Positions 13,232 through 25,626 of a stretch of DNA of 64,000 nucleotides are shown in pieces. The first letter of the stretch is position 1. Every line of letters starts with the position of its first letter. The notes under the pieces were generated by a model, which worked only from the letters and a program-made list of their open reading frames with translations, was not told the DNA's origin and did no database searches. The position numbers and the translations under genes are program-made. Source of the stretch: Vicugna vicugna (taxonomy: Eukaryota); contig MU057809.1 of the NCBI GenBank assembly GCA_013265495.1, forward strand, positions 1 through 64,000, read 5' to 3'.

Positions 13232-13905
13232 AAGATGATGATAATCATGATGACCATGATGGTGATGATGTGATGGTGACGGTGGTAGTGATGATGGTGA
13301 CGATGTGCTGGTGATCATGATGTGACGGTGACGGTGGTGATGATGTAATGGTGATGATGATGATGGTGGTGGTGATGATGGTGATGATGGTGATGGTGGT
13401 GATGATGTGATGGTGACGGTGGTAGTGATGATGGTGATGATGTGATGGTGATCATGATGTGACGGTGACGGTGGTGATGATGTGATGGTGGTGGTGGTGA
13501 TGATGTGATGGTGATGATGATGGTGGTGGTGATGATGGTGATGGTGGTGATGGTGGTGATGGTGGTGATGATGTGATGGTGATGATGTGATGGTGATGAT
13601 GATGGTGGTGATGATGTGATGGTGATGATGATGTGATGATGATGGTGGTGGTGATGATGGTGATGATGGTGATGGTGGTGATGGTGGTGATGGTGGTGAT
13701 GATGTGATGGTGATGATGATGGTGGTGGTGATGTTGGTGATGGTGGTGATGGTGGTGATGGTGATGATGATGGTGGTAGTGATGATGGTGATGATGTGAT
13801 GGTGATCATGATGTGATGATGACGATGATGTGATGATGATGGTGGTGGTGATGATGGTGGTGATGATGATGGTGATGGTGGTGATGATGTGATGGTGGTG
13901 ATGAT
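13232..13905. repeat. Compound (GAT/GGT)n-type low-complexity repeat, ~670 bp
   Basis: Continuous gatgatggtggtgatgatgtgatggt runs. Confidence 0.95.
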
Positions 13906-14837
13906 GGCCCATGAACATTCTCATTCCATCCTCACTACAGCCTCAGGGTAGGTTTTATTACCTTCATTTGACACTTGAGGAAACTGAAGCCCAGAGAACA
14001 TCATTATACAACTTGTAAATGACACCGTGCAACTGTCTCCACCTTAAATGCTGCAGCATGAGTGTGTGTCTGTGCACCTGTGTGCATGTGTATGTGTGTT
14101 AAATGCCAGTCCCCCAGTCCCCTCTCTCACTCCCAAGGCCCAACAAGCCAGGGCCCCAGGGAAAGGTGACCTCACACCCCACGACATGGCCTGGACTAGC
14201 CGCCCTCCCACCTTCCTCTCCCACGCAGGTGTGTGTGAACTGTTGTCCCTGGTTGGGCAGAACATGCACTTTGGAGCCCCAGAGATTTGTGCTGCAACTC
14301 GGGCTCTGCCACGGCAGGTGGTGTGGCTGTAACCAAGGGCATCCTGTTTATTCTCAGAGGGGGAAACTGAGGCTCCGCAGCCCCCACACAGACCCACAGA
14401 AAGCCTGCAATAAACCCCGACTGGCAACGCCGCCCGTGCAGGAGGAAGCCTCTCCCACAGCCAGGAAGCAATACCTTCCCCAAAAGCCAAGGACAGGGAC
14501 ACAGTCCTCACCTCCTCCCGACACACAAGCACCTCCACGCAGACTGCAAATACCATTATAAGCCGACAAGAGCAAAACACCCAGCCTATGCATGTATTTA
14601 CATGCAACATAATGTATACATGCAGTCAAACTGTAACAATTCTACCTAATAAAACAGAAAAATGAAAAAAAATCACCTAGCCCGTGGCATGGGGTTGTCT
14701 CAAACCTGAATTTAGCAGGAAGAGCCACAGGGCAGCAGGTGGTGCCCCCCGACGGTGGATTCATCCGCAAACGGACACCCTGGCGCTCTACCCCAGGGGC
14801 AGGCGCCGGGGAGCAGCCTCCGTCGAGGCGGGCGCAC

Positions 14838-15231
14838 TTGCCAGACCACAGCCAAGCGGAGACAACGCTGTGCAGCCCTGCATCCAGCAGCTGGAAAAGC
14901 ACACTCTGGATGGCCCACAGGGAGGTATCCTGTGGAAGGTCGGGAGACAGTGTCTCCCTGCCCACGCCCTCTGGAACCCATTTCCTGAACCATCAGCCTG
15001 TTTCTGTAGAGACTGTGGCCAGAAACAGGAGCCCGTTGGAGCTTCAATCTGGAAAGTGAGTTTTCCTCTGTGCAAAACAAAAGATCTGGAACAGACACAT
15101 CCCATGTGAAAGCTTTCTTTCCAAGCCAACCTGGCAAAGAGGAATTTTAATCCAACCATCTGCTTCCTCCACTTCTTGTCCACCTGGCTCTTGGATGCAG
15201 AAAAGTCAGAGGCAGAGGGAACCATGTGGTT
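14838..15231 (-). pseudogene. Nested gene exon N12 (putative third OB fold; open)
   Basis: tttccag| acceptor, CAA|GTGCGC donor; 394 nt, phase 0-1, inside ORF 14788..15255: NHMVPSASDFSASKSQVDKKWRKQMVGLKFLFARL...GKLTFQIEAPTGSCFW...RAWAGRHCL...CWMQG. Confidence 0.55.
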
Positions 15232-15569
15232 CTGGAAACTGAGGGCCAAGGGCACAGGACCCCAGTGTCCTGGACATGCTGGCGCTCAGGCCAGGATGGC
15301 GCTGAGCCAAACCTTTCTGAACCAGCTGGCGCCCGGGGGCTGGAAGGGGTCACGAATGGCTGCGAGAAGTTTGCGTTAAACACAGCCGCCCCCGGGGGCC
15401 CTCTGGGCAGCACAGAGAAGGGCAGCTGACGTCCAGTGGGGCCAAAAGAGAAACGGAGACTGCGATTCCTCCAAAAGCTCCCCATGGAATCATCACTCCT
15501 CCCAGCGACTCCTCTCCCAGGGACACGCCCGAGCACTCAGACACCACGTCCACAGCAGCACGGGTCACA

Positions 15570-16010
15570 GGGACGACAGGTGGAAACCACCCATGTGCCG
15601 GTCAGCTGGTAAACATAAACAAACTGTCGCCCATCCACACGCCAGAGTATCACTCACCCTTGGAAAAGGAATGAGGCTGAGACACCTGCGACTGCCCGGA
15701 TGAACCCCAAGGACGTGGTGCTCTGCGAGAGAAGCTGGACACAGCAGGACACGAGCTCACGAGTCCGCTGACTTGAAATGCCTCCAACAGGCCGCTCAGG
15801 AGAAGCAGAAAGGCGACTACGGATTACAGCAGGGGCCGGGTGGGGCCGGGGAGCCGCTGCTGAGCGTCCATGTTTCTGTTCATGGTGACGAAACATCGCG
15901 GAAACGAGGAGTGTGCTGGCTGGGCGGCACTGTGAGTGTGCCCGGTGTCCCACTGCGCACTTATAATGGTTGAAATGACCAACCTTATGGTACAGGCATT
16001 TGTCACGATG
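15570..16010 (+). mobile_element. LINE-1 3' end (L1MB-like)
   Basis: ggaaaccacccatgtgccg...aaaggaatgagg...cacttataatggttgaaatg. Confidence 0.7.
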
Positions 16011-17589
16011 GGAACAAATAAGACAGAGAACGCGGTCCGGCGGGTCTGGAGATCATTTTTCAGATTTGTCCACAAACGCTCCCGTGGGGAGAGACAGAGG
16101 GCCCGTCAACCTGCAGCTCCCCAGTGTCAGAAATCCCGTTTTGTGGCCTCCCTTCCTCAGGCCACCGTCCTCCAGGGACCGGACCAGGCCAGGCCCCTCC
16201 AGGAAGCGACCCGTGACTAAGGCAGTGACGAGCGGGGCCTCGGGGGCACAGAGCCCGCTTCTCGGCCCCTCTGCAGACCTTGGCCAGCTCATGTGGTCCA
16301 GACCCTGAGATGGGCGAGGCCCTGGGCCTCTGGGGAGGACAACCTGGGGGCCCGCCGTCTGCTTCCCGGCATGGCCACAGCAAGAGGAAGGAACTGGGCA
16401 GACGGGAAGTGTGAGGTCTAGTGAGGCCAGAACCTGGGAACCTCGAAGACACTTCCGTGAACCCAGAACCACTCAGATCACGGGTCTCTGCGCCCCCGTA
16501 ACCCTGCTGCCCCAAGCCCAACAGGTGCACACCAGGCCTGCCCCACGGGGTGACCCACAGCCATCCTGCCCAAGCCTCTGCTCCAGCCACGCCCTTGGAG
16601 GTACCACCCCGCCAGCTCCCCACCTGCTGTGAGCGGTCACCCCACTTCACAGTGCACAGGCCGCTCCAACAACTGCGCAGCGCACACCCTCAAGTCTTTG
16701 CGTTTACCTGTCGGACGAGGCGGGCCCTGGAGGGCAGGAGCCCCCGTCTCCCCAGCTCTGCCCGGCACCCAGGAAACGCAGATGAGTCCAGTCAACGGAA
16801 CTCCGCTGACCGGAGAAACGAGCCCAGGGCATGCGGTCTGCTGAGCCTGCTGTCCTCACCTTCCGTGTGTCAGGTCGGAGAGGACAGCCAGCGCGGCTCC
16901 TGGTGACCTCCAGGCAGACAGGGACGTCGGGGATTCCAACGGCCACAGCCCCCGGCACCCGAGCAGACCCGGGCTGGACCGCCACCCAGCCCCGCCGACC
17001 CAGCATGGTCAGCGGACGTCCCAAGGGCCCGGGCCGCGCTCACTGTGCTGCTCTGAGTGGGAACAAGGTTTCCTCCGGCTCATCACTGCTGCCGGAGCCA
17101 CCAACAAGCAAGGACCCGCTCTCACACTTGGATCTGGTTCTGGACGAGCTGAGCACAGACCAGGCCCGAAACCAGGGCCCCGGGAACAAAATCCACCTTC
17201 CAAGCAAAGTACCTTTGGGGTGACGCCCACACCACACCCCCAGGCCCCCCTCCCGGCCTCTCGCGGCGACCGCTGCCTGCGGGCCCAGGTGCGCTCGGCA
17301 TGTGGCCCCCCCGAGGGACGCCTCCACCCTTGGGCTGGCACCGGTACCGAGAGAGGAGGGCACGGCTGGACCCCGGCCCGGTCAGCTGCCCCTCCCTGAG
17401 GGCCTGAAACTGACTGAAGAGTGGACGGTGGTCTGTGTGGCCGCCAGCCGGGCACCTGCAAACCCCCACCTGAGGGTCTGTCGGCAGAAAGGTTCAAGCA
17501 GCGGCCTGAGGGCCTCCCGCTCTGGACCCCAGCACCTTCTCTACTTTGAAACTGTGGATGCACCACCCATGCAGAACTGTATTTTAACG

Positions 17590-17995
17590 TAAACAGATTT
17601 TAAATGGACGTTGACGTTCACATGGCAGCAGATACAACACTTGCGTCCCCGGGTTGCTCAGCGCCGAGGACGCAACTGCCAGCGGCACCTCCAGGCCGAG
17701 GGCAGGAGACAACAAGCACCCGTCTCGCGGTCTCGGAGGTGGGCGCCCAGGGTCGGCACCAGCAGGTGGGACCCGCGGTGCGGCCGGGGCCTCACGCCTC
17801 CTCCAGCCTCTGGGGGCTGCCCGTGGCCCTGGGCTGGCGTCGGCTCTGTGGCCACGAGGCTGCTCTCCTCTGTCCAAAGCCCCTGCCTCCCTCTTACACG
17901 ACATGACCCCCCACGTCAAGACCTTTAACTTCTTCATGTTGGCAAAGTTCCTTCGTGCCACGTAAGCTGATGGTCCCAGGTTCCCAGGATTAAGT
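17590..17995 (-). mobile_element. MaLR LTR remnant (MLT1-like)
   Basis: Minus strand cttaatcctgggaacctg...ggaactttgccaacatgaagaagttaaaggtcttga. Confidence 0.55.
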
Positions 17996-19100
17996 CCCAG
18001 GGCCCCAGGGGCCCCCAGGGCCTGGACACCTCCATGTTCCCCTCGTCCCCTGTCGAGCCTGTGAGCGGACCTGAAGTGCTTGTAATCCTGAGCCCAAACC
18101 TTTCTCCCTGGGCAGGAGTCCGGGCCACTCACAGGTCCGACCCAAGGCCACGGCCGGGGGCCCCTGGGGGGCGGGGACGCAGAGGGACCTTCTCCCTTCA
18201 TTCCACGTAGTTCTGTGTTGTTCGGAGATCTCGTATGGACTGTTCTCGCAGCGTGCTCAGTTACCTAACAGAGAATTACAGTTTGCCAAAAATGCAAGAG
18301 AAAAGAATTTTTTAAACACCATTTAGTCTGATCCACGTGGAGGAGTCTGTCTTAAGGAAACAGACAAGCACTCCCAACAAGCAGACAGGGATGGTCGTGT
18401 CCCCAGAGCGCTGCGCACCGTGAAGAGTGCACACATCCCGCGTGAAGGCGGTCACGGCACACAACCCCACGGAAACGGCGCCACGACCACCGGGAAGTCT
18501 TCGCTGACAAACAGAGATGCTCCCGGCCTCTCAAGTGGGACCGACTGGAGGGCGCGACTCCTTCCGCTTGTGACAACGCGGCCAGGACGGGTGTGTGAAC
18601 TAAACCCCGAGCACGCCCAGTGGCTCCCTGGGAGTTGGCTGAGGGGGGACGTTTTGCTTCATATTCTATCAAAACTTCCCAGTGTCTCCGGTATTTCCAT
18701 GATCACGATCCCCAAGCACGACACCTCAGCCCCTTCACAGCCCCCGGGCCCCCGCCCCGTGTCCCCTCCCAAGGCCCCGCGAGCCCCTGCCGGCCATCAC
18801 CCTCCCTCGGAACCCGCGCGCCGAGGACAGGCAGCTGGATGTCCCCACGGGGCAGCGGCTTCAGCGCGGGCACAGCAGGCCCCCGTAAGGCCCCTGGGTG
18901 TCCTTCTGTGCCAGGGTTGGCGTGCAGGTACTTGAGATCCTGCCCCGCATGGGAGGAGGCAGCCCAGGTGCACAGCACCTGACTTCTGGACACCGGCCCT
19001 GCCTCGTGAGCCCCAGGAGCCCCCCTTCCAAAACCGACGTGCGTCCAGGAGCCGGGCACCCCCGTGCCTCAGCGCCCGACCAGAGACGCCCCCGTGCCTA

Positions 19101-19214
<114 letters not shown>

Positions 19215-20199
19215 TCAGACCTGGGGGCGTCCCGGGGCGGGCAGAGCACTGGGCCTGGGCCGACCCTGAGAACTGGTGGCGTGGCTCGAAACCGGCTGCT
19301 CAGCCTTCCAGGTGTCACTCCCAGTGATGGCAGACAGTTAAAATCTGAAGCGCACGCCAGTTGTTTGAAATTTAAAAAATAAGGAAAGAAAAGGCAAGGG
19401 ACACAGAGTGGCCCAAGAGGCGACTTAAGTGTCATCTCAAATTCGGGGTCTTGGCTTCACAAGACCTCCAGGCCCTGGCGTTATGTCTTCTGTTGATTTC
19501 TTTGTTTCACTGGCTTTTTTTAAGGTAATAAATACTTGTTGAAACATTGGAAAACAAAAAAATAAAAATTAACTTGACACTTGGCTGTGCCCCTCGGGTG
19601 GTGATGGCCTCCCGCCCCCTCCGCCGCCGGACTGGAGGCCAGGAGGAGGGTCCTGACCAGGAGCGCACCCCGGCACCTTCCCCTCGGACTCCCCGCCTCC
19701 AGACGCGGCAATCGCAGTCTGCAGTTCAAGCCGCCGGTCCTTGGTCACAGCAGCCTGAGCTGACTAACACGGATGGTGAAGTTCACATTATGCATATTTT
19801 GCCATAATTATAAAAAATTTTTAAAATAGATCAAAAACAAAAAGTACAAAAAAAAAAAGCAAAGCTGACTGCAGACAGGCATGGGATGGAAATGACAGGC
19901 CCACATCCAGGGCGGGTCCAGGGCAGGTGCACATGGTCCCGGCACCTGTCCACCGAGGCACAGACGGAGGAGGGCGATGTCCAGGCCGGGGCAGAATCTC
20001 CACTGGACGGGCTCCGCCATGGGGTCCAGCCTCAAGGGTGAAGGCGGGACTCAAGGTCCTCCGCCCACACCCACAATCTTCCCAAGCCTGCTGGGAGTGG
20101 CGGCCCCAAAGAGCCTCAGGCCAGGCCGTGCGGGGCCCAGGCCAGCAGGCACCGGGATGGCCCTGGGACTGGACGCGGGTGAGGGCTGGGCGGGCCCAC

Positions 20200-20370
20200 C
20201 TTCCTCACGTAGGACACGGCGTCCTCCTCCGTGTACACCTCGGCGCTCACGCCCCCACGGCGGTGGCGGGCCTTCACCACGGGGTTTGGCAGCGACGGAG
20301 AGACCTCCTCATCGTGCAAGTCTGACTGGGAAGCCGACTTCTGCTGAGCCAGAAGCTGTCTGGTTTCCTC
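20200..20370 (-). CDS. PRKAR1B: PRKAR1B exon 3 (linker and pseudosubstrate)
   Basis: 171 nt, [57 protein letters not shown]; cctacag| acceptor, AAG|GTGGGC donor, phase 0-0. Confidence 0.97.
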
Positions 20371-20559
20371 CTGTAGGGGCAACGGAGTAGGTGAAGAGGG
20401 CACTGTCACGGGAGAACCCCAGAGGCCGGGCCGCTGGTGTGTGGCTGGGGTGCTCCCGGGAAAGCAGGGACCCAGCCCACCCGGCCACAGCCCCTGCCCA
20501 GCCTCCGCCCTCCGCGCCTCCGGGGCTGCCCTGTGCTACCCCTGCCCTGCGCCCTGGAC

Positions 20560-20872
20560 ACCAAGGGCTGCTCCACGTCCCCCCTCAACTCGACAGCTCT
20601 GTGGCCACAGAGCCTGGCTCCAGGCTCATGCACACTCGCAATTGCAAGCAACGTCTCCCAGTACCAGATTCCACAGGTCTACCAGGCAAGTGTCCGAGGC
20701 CCCACCAGCCCCACCAGGCTACCCCCACCGGGGCAGGAGACACCCGCTCTGCTCACGGATGTGGGTGGGTACCAGGGAAGCAAACCTCTCCTGTTCTTCC
20801 CTCTCTGGTCATCACAGCTTTTTAGAAACCGTCTACACACAGAGGGTGGGAATCCAAAAAGTGCAAAGGGGC
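20560..20872 (-). pseudogene. Nested gene exon N11 (3' boundary uncertain)
   Basis: cactgcag| acceptor, phase 1; PFALFGFPPSVCRRFLKSCDDQRGKNRRGLLPWYPPTSVSRAGVSCPGGGSLVGLVGPRTLAW*TCGIWYWETLLAIASVHEPGARLC, stop at 20679-20681. Confidence 0.5.
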
Positions 20873-21299
20873 CTGCAGTGACAGCAGGTCCGCCACGCCC
20901 GACCCCTGGGTCCCCAGAGCGCTCTCATGACCAGTGGGTGACCTCAGGGAGCGCACAGGGAGGAGCTGGGTCACTCAGCAGGCAGACCCTCACCTGTGTC
21001 CCCACACGCTCAGCACCGGGCCCCCCTCCCCCTCATCCACCAAGGGCCCCCTTCCCCGAACACAGCCCGAACCCCGCAGTCTCCTCCCCCAACCTGGTGT
21101 TGACCCAGGAGTCTCCCAGGAGAAGCAGGCAGTGAGGATGTGCATCCCGGTCCCCCGTGCTCTTCCCAGGACTCCTGCCCCCGGCCCTCCAGGCGCTGCC
21201 CCACCCCCTCGAGCCGCCGTCCGGCCCCTCCAGGCAGCTCCCCCCAGTGTTTCAAGCCTCCCAGGCACCCTGCGAGCCCTCACAGAACCGTGAAGCCAC

Positions 21300-21440
21300 C
21301 TAATTCAAGCTACCGTGCAGGAGACCTCTGGGGGCAACTCCCACCCCCAGAGGGCTCGTCCTTCCTGAAGAAGACATTTACAGAGGCCCCCGAGGGGACC
21401 TGGCAGTTCAGACGGGGGTGGGGAATCTCCCACAGAAAAC
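21300..21440 (-). pseudogene. Nested gene exon N10
   Basis: Strong acceptor cctttttcctgcag|, donor TAG|GTGGCT; 141 nt, phase 1-1; FLWEIPHPRLNCQVPSGASVNVFFRKDEPSGGGSCPQRSPAR*LEL. Confidence 0.45.
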
Positions 21441-21560
21441 CTGCAGGAAAAAGGCAGGGATCCACCACCTCCCCAAAGCCAGCCGTTCACGCCCGCGTTC
21501 GTTCTACGCGCGTTCGCTGCCTGGCGTCTTCTCAGCACCACTGTTGACGCTTGCTCTTTC

Positions 21561-21696
21561 CTCGTAAGAGGATTTCTAACCTTTCAGGAAACAGATCAGC
21601 GGTAAGACCCTCATCAAAAGCTGGACACATGTACATGCCGATTCTGCACGACGTTAGAAGCAGCGTGCGTCCTGGTGGGGTGAGCGGGTCAGGCCG
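21561..21696 (-). pseudogene. Nested gene exon N9 (boundaries approximate)
   Basis: Open: RPDPLTPPGRTLLLTSCRIGMYMCPAFDEGLTADLFPERLEILLR; donor either decayed (G|GAAAGA) or AG|GTTAGA near 21579. Confidence 0.55.
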
Positions 21697-21868
21697 CTGG
21701 CAAGCTGACACTCTGTTTGCGGCTCTGCAGCTGCTCCCGTCTCCCACCAGGGCCTGGGAATCAGAACAGCTCAGCCATCCCCCCAGAAACCCAGACACCA
21801 GAGGGCCCGGAGCCCAGCGTCCCGCGTTCCAGGGGAGACTCACAGTCAGCCTGCTCCTTCACACTCAC

Positions 21869-21948
21869 TCAACTATCCGTGTCTGCAGGTGCAGCAAAGG
21901 CGTCTTTCAAATATACCTGATTATTAATATTCAGATCTTATTATGAAC
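21869..21948 (-). pseudogene. Nested gene exon N8
   Basis: ttgtctatag| acceptor, TGA|GTGAGT donor; FII (frameshift) DLNINNQVYLKDAFAAPADTDS*. Confidence 0.55.
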
Positions 21949-22207
21949 CTATAGACAACGTGTAAAAGACAAAGTGGTGCTTTTCTGCAAAGGTATAAAT
22001 GTTATCAATACAGACGATGCAAAATGAAAAGTTCAGCCAGCACGAGGGAGGCAGAATTCTGCAGAAGCAAGCTGACCAGTGAGACAGGCTAAGGTCTGAC
22101 AAAGCAGAGGCTCAAAGAACACAGCTAATAGTCAAAGAAATTACAAACTAAGGAGTTAGTAACACAGCAGTTAACAGATCTGATTCATTAGATGAATGAA
22201 TGAATAC

Positions 22208-22291
22208 CTTTTTATTTTCACTTTTTTACTTTGAAAATCGGAGTAACCCAGAATACAGACATTTTCCTTCTTGTTTTACTTGACGTTACAT
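22208..22291 (-). pseudogene. Nested gene exon N7
   Basis: Branch-like cctaac plus ctctag| acceptor, AAG|GTATTC donor; 84 nt, phase 2-2; CNVK*NKKENVCILGYSDFQSKKVKIK(R), stop at 22276-22278. Confidence 0.6.
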
Positions 22292-22730
22292 CTAGAGTTT
22301 AAACACAGTTAGGAAAGGAGGAGGTGGAGGGGGTGAGACATGCCCGCGAGAACAAAGTTGAAAGGAACCATCTTTACAAGCGCTGAGGAGAGGGCTGGGG
22401 CGGAACGCCTTCAGCTTCCTTCTTGGTCCTACGTTGGTGCAACACAAACATGCTGGAAGGAACAGTCATGTCGTGATAAAAATGAAACATTTGTTTACTG
22501 CTGTGTAGACAGAAATACCACTAAAACCACCTAAATAAATGACAAACCCCAGAAATGATGCCCTCTGCCTCCTTCACCCTGAGGAGACCTGGGCTCCAAC
22601 AGGAAGGGCTCGATTCTCAGGCAATTCCACGGTCTGCGGCCCAGGAGCGGAAAACAGCACCTCGCCCAGGGGACCTGCTTTCTCGCCGAGGGAAAGACCG
22701 GAAAGCAGTAAGGGGCTCTCCTCCCCTTAC

Positions 22731-22922
22731 TGCCCATCCCCTAGACGGCATCCCTGGTGAACTCCTACATATGCTTCAAGGCCCACTTCAATGAAACCTC
22801 CAGCAACAAGCCTTCCTATCACCTCCCCTTCCTCTGTACGCCTCCAAAGCATTTTGTTCACACCAGCTGGAGCTCACGTCTCGTTGCTTCAAAATGACCA
22901 GCTGCCGGGGAGCATGGCCCAC
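22731..22922 (-). pseudogene. Nested gene exon N6 (stops/frameshift; ancestral frame ambiguous)
   Basis: ctgtcag| acceptor, GCA|GTAAGG donor, 192 nt; all three frames contain stops; the 3' part reads IEVGLEAYVGVHQGCRLGDG and ends phase 2. Confidence 0.5.
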
Positions 22923-25139
22923 CTGACAGTGACCCCCTCCCCTCATTGCAAGAGGCGGTGCCACCAGCACTGGCTGAAGTAAGAGTGGACGGAGGACAGA
23001 GACATGAATGATGTAGTCAAGACAGGAAGACGGTCCTCGTGTCTGTGAACTGTCACGACCACACACCAGCACTCAGCCGCGCAGCCACAGGTGAGAGCGC
23101 GAGGCCGACGTCCGGGGACCAGGACACAGAGAGCCCCACGGAGGTGGTTGAGGGGCAGGGACGACCCCTCCAGAGCCAGGGTTCCCGGCGTCCGTCTCAG
23201 TCACCTGTGGTACGGGACTGGAGGCGAGGGTGGGGTTGCAGAGGGTTTCCCACAGGACGGCAGGCCGGCAGGACGGCAGGATGGCAGGCCGGCAGGCCAG
23301 GCCTCGGGAGAGCCAGCAGCTCGAGGAATTGTGACCAAACAAAGCAGCGGCAGCAGCCGTGGTGACACCAGTGTGCGGCCAGGATGCGGCCTCGCAGTGC
23401 CCGGCCCCAGGGCCCTGGGAAACACGACAACCTTCCGGGGCCACTCCCGGCAGAGGCTGGTTCTACAGACAGAGGCTGGCTGGGGTCCACGGTGCGGTCA
23501 GGACCCCAGGCTCGCCATGCGGCCACCAGAAGCCACTTCTCTTCAAGGAAGCCGTGGTCCAGGCCTGCTTCTCCAGCACCGGAGAGCACCCCCTGTCCCA
23601 GCACGGAGAGGACTTTCCATCTGTGGCAGCAAAGGGTCAAGTGAGGAGGGAAACACGGAGGCCACTGGAGGGGTGTTGAGAGGACATGGGGGCCGGGAGC
23701 CAGGGCCCCCGGGCACAGCAGGAGGACAACCCCCGGGCTCTGCCTGGACCATCCAGACCGATATTTCTGGACACCGTCCCTTCCCCCCACCCCAGAGATT
23801 CCAGGAAAATCTCTCATTCTCGGAGCCTCCCCTTCCTGTCTCCTGTTTCCACGCTGATGAATTGTCCGGGCTGTGGGGCGGTCAAGGGCTCGGGGTCAGA
23901 ACAGACAAGCCAGGCCAAGGAATCTTCATAACAAGAGTGTGGGAATGGCCTTTCCAGAAAGCTTCGCAGCCAGCATCTGCCCCAAATCGCGTCACGCAGC
24001 TCCGGGGACGGTCCCTGCCCTGCCCTCAGGGCCGAGAGCCCCCAGGGCAGTGATGATGGTCGTGGTCACCTTCCGACCACATTTTTCCTCCTTCAGCATC
24101 GCAGATGACATTCAGGGGGCCGAGTCCAGGGAGGCTTTCTGGAACTGAGCTGGCCCCCCAGCGTCTGGGACCCTGGGAGAGTGGAGGTCCTGCCCTGCTC
24201 CCACTCCGTCCCGGGGGTGAGGACACCCCCGTTCTGTCCCTCAAGGGGATTTCTGGGGGCAGCTCATCGAGCCACTAGATTCCTCACGAGGGCCTCACAC
24301 ACCGAGCGGGAGAGGCCGCCCCTGAGGGCGGTGGCCGGATGTGGGCAGGCGTCCCCTCCCTGCAGGCCTCTCCCGCACACCCTGAGCGCTGCTCCCCGCC
24401 CGCTGTGAAACCTCAGTCCAAGGGGAGCCGAGGTACCCGAGGACCCAGGACCAGGGGAGGGGCCGACGTTGCCAGGCCCGCAGGAGCCCCAAGCACCCCC
24501 GCCCCGGGCTGCAGAGAGGAAGGCAGACGAGGGAGTCACCCCACCGGTGAGGCGGGGAAGCCGAGGCCCAGAGAGGGTGAAGGACGTGCCCACAGGGCAC
24601 CCAGCCAGTCAGAGGCAGGGTGAGATCATTCACTGAGCACCTTCTATATACCAGGCCTCATACCAAAAATGCAACAAAGAAAAAGAAACAGTTGTGTCAC
24701 GAAGGAGGTTACTGTGAGATCTCGAACAGGGAAGCAGACGGTGAGAGCCACAGCAAGACGACTAAAGGACCAGGTACAGGGCTGCGCCAGCAGCGAGGCT
24801 CTAGACCAACCTCGGGGAGGAGTCGCGGAGGGCTTCCTGGAGGAGGCGCCTTCTGCGTCCACGCAGATGAGAAGAGCTGAACCGGGGGACGTGGGCAGCT
24901 GTAGTTCGCCCCCTCCACCCTCCTCCCCACTCCCCACCCCCCACCTGTGGCAAATCACAGTTTGCGTGTCTCTTCCTGACATGGCTGCCCCCGCAGATGC
25001 CTGTCTGCTTCATCCATCTCTTCAGACAGTCTGCCATTATCTTGACTTCTGCTTCATTAACGTCTGCTTTTACCCCATTATTCTTCCTTCTTTCTGTCTT
25101 GCTTTATTCCTCTATTGCTGATGCTCAGGCCGCACACTG

Positions 25140-25472
25140 CAGTGGGCTGCAAAGGGCCCCCCAAAACTCAGGTCCACCCGGAACCTCAGAGTGTGGCTTC
25201 GTTTGGAAACAGGCTCTTCGCAGACGTAATCAGGTGAGGCTGAGGTCACCTACAATGAGGGTGGCCCTGATCCCACGACAGGCGTCCTTATAAGAAGGGC
25301 CCCGGAAGCTGGACAGGGGCCTGGGGTAGATCCGCCGTCGGGGCCCCCGGAAGCTACTGCCCCCACCAGAGCCTTGATCTCGGGCTTCTGGTTTGCAGAA
25401 CTGTGAGGCAATAGCTGTTTCAAGCTGCCCGATTTTTTGATGACTCGCCGCGGCACCTAGGAAACTGAGACA
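25140..25472 (+). mobile_element. MaLR LTR (MLT1-like)
   Basis: ggaacctcagagtgtggcttcgtttggaaacaggctcttcgcagacgtaat...cagaactgtgag...ctaggaaactgagaca. Confidence 0.7.
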
Positions 25473-25626
25473 CACAGCTCACTAACCTCTAGTCTCGTCT
25501 CCGCATGAAGCTGTAAGTGTCCCTCCAGGCCCCGACCTGCTGCGTCCCACCTGCTTAGGTATGGAAGCTTTTATTGTCACTCAGCCCTGAGGGTTTCATA
25601 ACTTTTACTACGACAGCCTCCTTTAC

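Noticed and set aside
13214..13924. Poly-His/Ile/Thr/Pro ORFs (236 and 164 aa)
   Set aside because: Translations of a trinucleotide-type simple repeat.
23091..24053. 320-aa plus-strand ORF
   Set aside because: Arg/Gly/Pro-rich, typical of chance ORFs in very GC-rich DNA; includes an 8-bp ggcaggac/cc repeat.
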